Assembly (NCBI GenBank): GCA_000999025.1
Contig: LCFM01000001.1
Location: 1,198 to 65,197 of the forward strand
Origin: Parcubacteria group bacterium GW2011_GWA2_43_13
Lineage (GTDB): Bacteria; Patescibacteriota; Patescibacteriia; UBA9629; GWA2-43-13
Reading direction: 5' to 3'
Length of the DNA stretch: 64,000 bases
Of the stretch, positions 61,001 to 64,000 are shown piece after piece. Within the stretch, counting starts at the first letter, position 1; each line of letters starts with the position of its first letter. The notes under the pieces are model-generated. The model did no database searches, was not told where the DNA came from, and saw only the letters and a list, made by a program, of their open reading frames with translations. The translations under genes and the position numbers were made by a program.

Positions 61001-64000
61001 AAACGAGTGCAACAGTTGCCCGCGCGCGGCGTCGTAATTTTCTTCTTTCCACTTATTCACGTTTCTGCGCTGTTTGTTATGATGATACAAACCATCAATG
61101 ACTCGCGCGCCAGTAAGAACGCCGACAGCAAGAACAGGATTCCATGATAACGCAAGCGCGCTTAACCCCCACCAGCCCACGGCTCTACCAAGTATACCGC
61201 CAACTTTTGACCGAGAACGCTCCCTGCGCGTTGACGCTTCGGCATATCCTTTACCTGTTTGCGCATCCTGATATGGCTGTCCTAATTTTTTGCCCAGCAT
61301 GGCATTTTCTAAAACCTGCCGTTTTGCAGAATAAAACAAATCATGGCAAAAATCTTCTGTCAGCCGCGCTTCTTGCGGAATGTTTTGCGCATTCGGGCCA
61401 AGTTGTTCAATCATTTTTTGAATCACTTCCTGTTCCCGCGTTCCTAAATGCCGCTCCCCTGCCTCATGACCTGCTTGAGGGCCGGTGTTTTGCAAGCTTC
61501 CAAACCATGTTTCTTTTGCCAATACCACATCTGACACTTCTTGAATCAATTGCGCGTAGTTCTGCTGAACCTCTTTGTGATCAAGCATTTTAATGATTTC
61601 CGGATTATCAATGCCCAATGCAAGCGCCTTTCTTCTGCCTTCTTGCACTTCATCCGCGCTCACATTGATCTTATCAATTTTATCCTTCATTGCTTTTTCA
61701 ATCTTTTCTTTTTCTTCCCTTGCTTTTTTTTGTTCTGGTGTTTCCTTTGGTTGTTTATCTGGTTGATTTGGTTGCGGTTGTTCTGGAGTAGTGGGTTGCT
61801 GTTCTTGCGGTGCCACAACAACGGCAGAAAGTAAATCAAGCCGAGCGCGAACAAAACGTCTATTATTGCTACCGGTTGTAAATTCAAAATCACCAAGCCG
61901 ATAGCCCAATCCATGCGCAATTACCCGAAACGCGGAAAATCTATCTTGATCTTGCCGGTTAAATGTCTGACGTTGAAAACGCCACGCTAATTGAAAATGG
62001 CTTCGATTTTGTCTAATTGCGCCTTGAATTTGCGCAATCATACCTGCGCGGGCCTCCTCTCTCCGTCGTTCATTGCGGATACTGTTGAAAAAATTTTGTG
62101 CCGATGATTGCTGATCGCGCCAGTAGCGCTCTTCTTCTGTTAATTCGCGTTCTTCCTCTTCAATCGGTTCAAGTACTTCTGGTTCTTGTTCTGGAGGTTG
62201 AGATTCTTGTGGTTGCGTCTCTTGCGATGGTGTCTGTTCTGGCTCTTCTGCAACACCCAAAACAAGCGGTTCTAAAAACGCAACTGCTACCCTGCGATTA
62301 GTGGAATCTATGTGAAACGCGCTTAACTGAAAACCAAGCTCTTGCGCAATCATGCGATGCGCGGCAAACCGCTCTTGATCCCGATCTGTCAATGTTTGCC
62401 TTTCTCTGCCCAATGTGAGATGAAATTCAGTGCCACCTGCGTCAATTACTCTCTGTAATTGATCGCGCATTTTATTTTTAATGGTTTCCCTTTTTTCTTT
62501 TGCCTGCCTGTCCCAAAATCCTTGAGCCAATACTTCTTGATCCTGCCCATCTATCTCGCCACTTTCATCCGATTCTGTTGTCGGCGTTTCAGTTGGAGTT
62601 GATGATGTAGTCGGCACAGATTCTGTTGTGTCTGTATCGCCAGATTGATCTTCAACAGGAGGTTCTTGTGTTAAACTCGTGGGCTGTCCTTTTGGATTTT
62701 CCACGTTTCCTGGAGATCCTTCTTTAGGAAGAGTTGAATATACCTCATCCATCTCTGCCGCCCGTGCAATCCCCGAAATGTCTACCCCTTTTTCAAGCGC
62801 TCGCATAATACGAAAATAGGCGCGCAGTATCTCTTTGCTTTTATTAATAAATTGTGTGCCATCTGAAGGAATAGACAAATCCTGTAATAATTCACAAGCC
62901 CTGCCCACTCGCTCATACGCATGATCAATCCACTGCATAAGCAATGTATAACGAACAGATGGCTCATTTTCTTTATTTATGCGTTCAATAATTGGACGAT
63001 AACGTCCAGTAAGGATATAAACCTCTGGTAATGTGGTCAGGTCAACATTCCTCTGATCTTTAGGAATTGGCTTTTTTTCAGCATCCAATGATAGTATATC
63101 TTCTAACTCAACTAATTCCTTTTTCCATATTTCAAAATATGAAGAAAGATTATTCCTGTCTTTCCCTATAATATCATCTTTGAATTTCACGATATCAGTA
63201 CGCGTTGGTGGCTTTTCCTGATCAATCAGCCGCCGCGCCCTATCAATAAAATCCTGATGATACGCTGGATCAATAGGAGGGAGACGATACTCTTTGAACA
63301 GTTCTCTTTTTGTATCCGGTATCTGTATATCAGGATGTTCTTGCGCAAAAATATTTTTAAATATTTTCCTAAAATCAATAGAGCCGCCATTTCGAAATTC
63401 GCCAACATGTGCTGGCACTTGCTCAAGTAATGTATTGATCTGTTCAGGGTGTTGTTCCATCTCATCCCAAAGATATCGCAGTTCATTCACAGACATTGGG
63501 TTCACCCGTAACTTGCGATTATTTTTGTCATCAGATGCCACATACGTGGCAATCCCGCCAAATCCTATCAATGTTACCCATAACTGTTGAGAGGTTTGTA
63601 CTTTTTTTAATTCTCTATCAAAATCTTCTGCGAGATTGTATCTCCGGTCAGAAAAATTAAATGTAATACTATGCAACTCATTCATCTTGTTTTCAACAAC
63701 AGTGCGAATTGATAGCGGCAATTCCTCCAAATAACCACGACCGCCCCAAATCACTTCTGTCATGATTTTTACAAAATCTTCTCGCGTGTATTCAATGTCG
63801 CCATCTCGTGATGAAACCTTCACAACTCCTTCAAATACATCAAGCGCCGCAATAATCTCTGCCATTGACTTGGCTCGCGCAAGGCGTTGTTCCCAGATCA
63901 AAGGTTGCGGGGGGAGTTGTTTTCCTATTTCTTCTACGCTCGGCGGAATGGGTGGGGTTATTTCTTTACCTTCATCCGATGCTTCTGGCACACTACTATC
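58046..64000 (-). CDS. Giant (>1980 aa) hypothetical protein, 5' end probably beyond the window
   Basis: Frame open to position 64000. Acidic/Pro/Gln linkers, a duplicated ~75 aa domain, glycine-rich hydrophobic hairpins and repeat-derived peptides. Confidence 0.85.
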   Translation of the reverse strand, partial: DSSVPEASDEGKEITPPIPPSVEEIGKQLPPQPLIWEQRLARAKSMAEIIAALDVFEGVVKVSSRDGDIEYTREDFVKIMTEVIWGGRGYLEELPLSIRTVVENKMNELHSITFNFSDRRYNLAEDFDRELKKVQTSQQLWVTLIGFGGIATYVASDDKNNRKLRVNPMSVNELRYLWDEMEQHPEQINTLLEQVPAHVGEFRNGGSIDFRKIFKNIFAQEHPDIQIPDTKRELFKEYRLPPIDPAYHQDFIDRARRLIDQEKPPTRTDIVKFKDDIIGKDRNNLSSYFEIWKKELVELEDILSLDAEKKPIPKDQRNVDLTTLPEVYILTGRYRPIIERINKENEPSVRYTLLMQWIDHAYERVGRACELLQDLSIPSDGTQFINKSKEILRAYFRIMRALEKGVDISGIARAAEMDEVYSTLPKEGSPGNVENPKGQPTSLTQEPPVEDQSGDTDTTESVPTTSSTPTETPTTESDESGEIDGQDQEVLAQGFWDRQAKEKRETIKNKMRDQLQRVIDAGGTEFHLTLGRERQTLTDRDQERFAAHRMIAQELGFQLSAFHIDSTNRRVAVAFLEPLVLGVAEEPEQTPSQETQPQESQPPEQEPEVLEPIEEEERELTEEERYWRDQQSSAQNFFNSIRNERRREEARAGMIAQIQGAIRQNRSHFQLAWRFQRQTFNRQDQDRFSAFRVIAHGLGYRLGDFEFTTGSNNRRFVRARLDLLSAVVVAPQEQQPTTPEQPQPNQPDKQPKETPEQKKAREEKEKIEKAMKDKIDKINVSADEVQEGRRKALALGIDNPEIIKMLDHKEVQQNYAQLIQEVSDVVLAKETWFGSLQNTGPQAGHEAGERHLGTREQEVIQKMIEQLGPNAQNIPQEARLTEDFCHDLFYSAKRQVLENAMLGKKLGQPYQDAQTGKGYAEASTRRERSRSKVGGILGRAVGWWGLSALALSWNPVLAVGVLTGARVIDGLYHHNKQRRNVNKWKEENYDAARGQLLHSFSFSIANYVENTNRNRIRAEQGIQDPLGVDEYYNRFLGALTAENNALEEAQRLSAEDIQSRAMRFALYYSMDDEAKTRYQEAMDQRSQGAQHGYHEFFGTVADGMRTTRPLGFTKQDRNRGILWHNTSPRDKAFAGATALGVGLGLSFLRTFGVAGAAAVGAYSGWKMGGALADSGGIGRPWGGPHGRWGFALRTGRNAPETGVEQSLKALESGKLGEYEKTLQKIENELTISDVANIDAQLQPMLKVLAETQPYIENLKNHHEFSHQYERFKKMYTKVMHLKLLVEWERPLWSTNAQPPRVRPDGLRTGEKSIPQKFETIQQTGGSLHAEYTEFRQAERTRSGMYDAQGNNVLDIRNRNRRLVYKVGGAIIGAFLLGEVAHLREVAHAADGGGATPHGPVPLPDAGHLPMSAVVGRGEGVEHVLHRQLGQNHDAFSYFSQRYGTGDRGNLAHLIARDYGYVDNAGHEVRVLDTGVAGAGENPAYWLHKTPQGTWAVGEYTYDPTRGAYAPFETHTAGAVFERPSDISHEYDFSKSHDATPSPTLPQGRGATIPPLERRTEGVSSSLPSPLKGEGRVRFEPLAVPSPQGMIVDGHTHELQLPNTDAHVLLLEVREGEGELSSTSPFQGEGGVRSEALEALRESIGATGDIPGPVSGSIGAEEANILTSFHAIHQDADVGTISKTLEHLSKDEGGPWNHITMHDHHAWVRPVTDPHDIARFSHGELSSPSPLQGEGGVGSQPPEIIAVKFGASNPQTPDVVLEQLPKGNEKIISIRHVLPNGARGHELHDYTEWLKDHPIKGTDKDIGTVDVIPNAHHETSSAIAGVVETGRRPVSDDDGKAIAELFTYDAKKIITPEWLDSAHTIIHDDASFQEVVGAVKQSELVEYMNTSIDSVDALGKYKGNAQSLINNLLSDDTKLRKNAAIGVRNILGLSAQDMLNKNILNQQSWHSWRVLAGIVEHLDPKSKLVFDTVEQELAKHLSKAA

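Overview
A 64 kb, roughly 42% GC bacterial chromosome segment, mostly on the minus strand, read with the standard genetic code (TGA is used as a stop). Gene content and style suggest Patescibacteria (CPR), probably an ABY1-like lineage; this is an inference. Housekeeping genes: gatB, tmk, thyX, dcd, rplA, rplK, nusG, secE, gyrB, pheS, pheT, a UvrD-nuclease fusion, rmuC, tatD, metG, rsmI, glyQS, tgt, recO, ileS, smpB, rplT, rpmI, infC and tmRNA. These are mixed with large surface proteins. An accessory block beside tmRNA holds a GIY-YIG nuclease, two AbiEii toxin-antitoxin pairs, a GC-rich two-gene operon behind a ~570 nt hairpin-packed leader, a RelE toxin broken by an amber codon, and a >1980 aa protein. 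The strongest unannotated signal is at least five families of short palindromic or tandem repeats. They fill intergenic spacers, insert in frame into core enzymes (GatB, PheS, UvrD, Tgt, IleRS), supply the TAG stop of four genes, and sit in the loops of probable regulatory RNAs. No CRISPR array, rRNA, tRNA, integrase or transposase was found.
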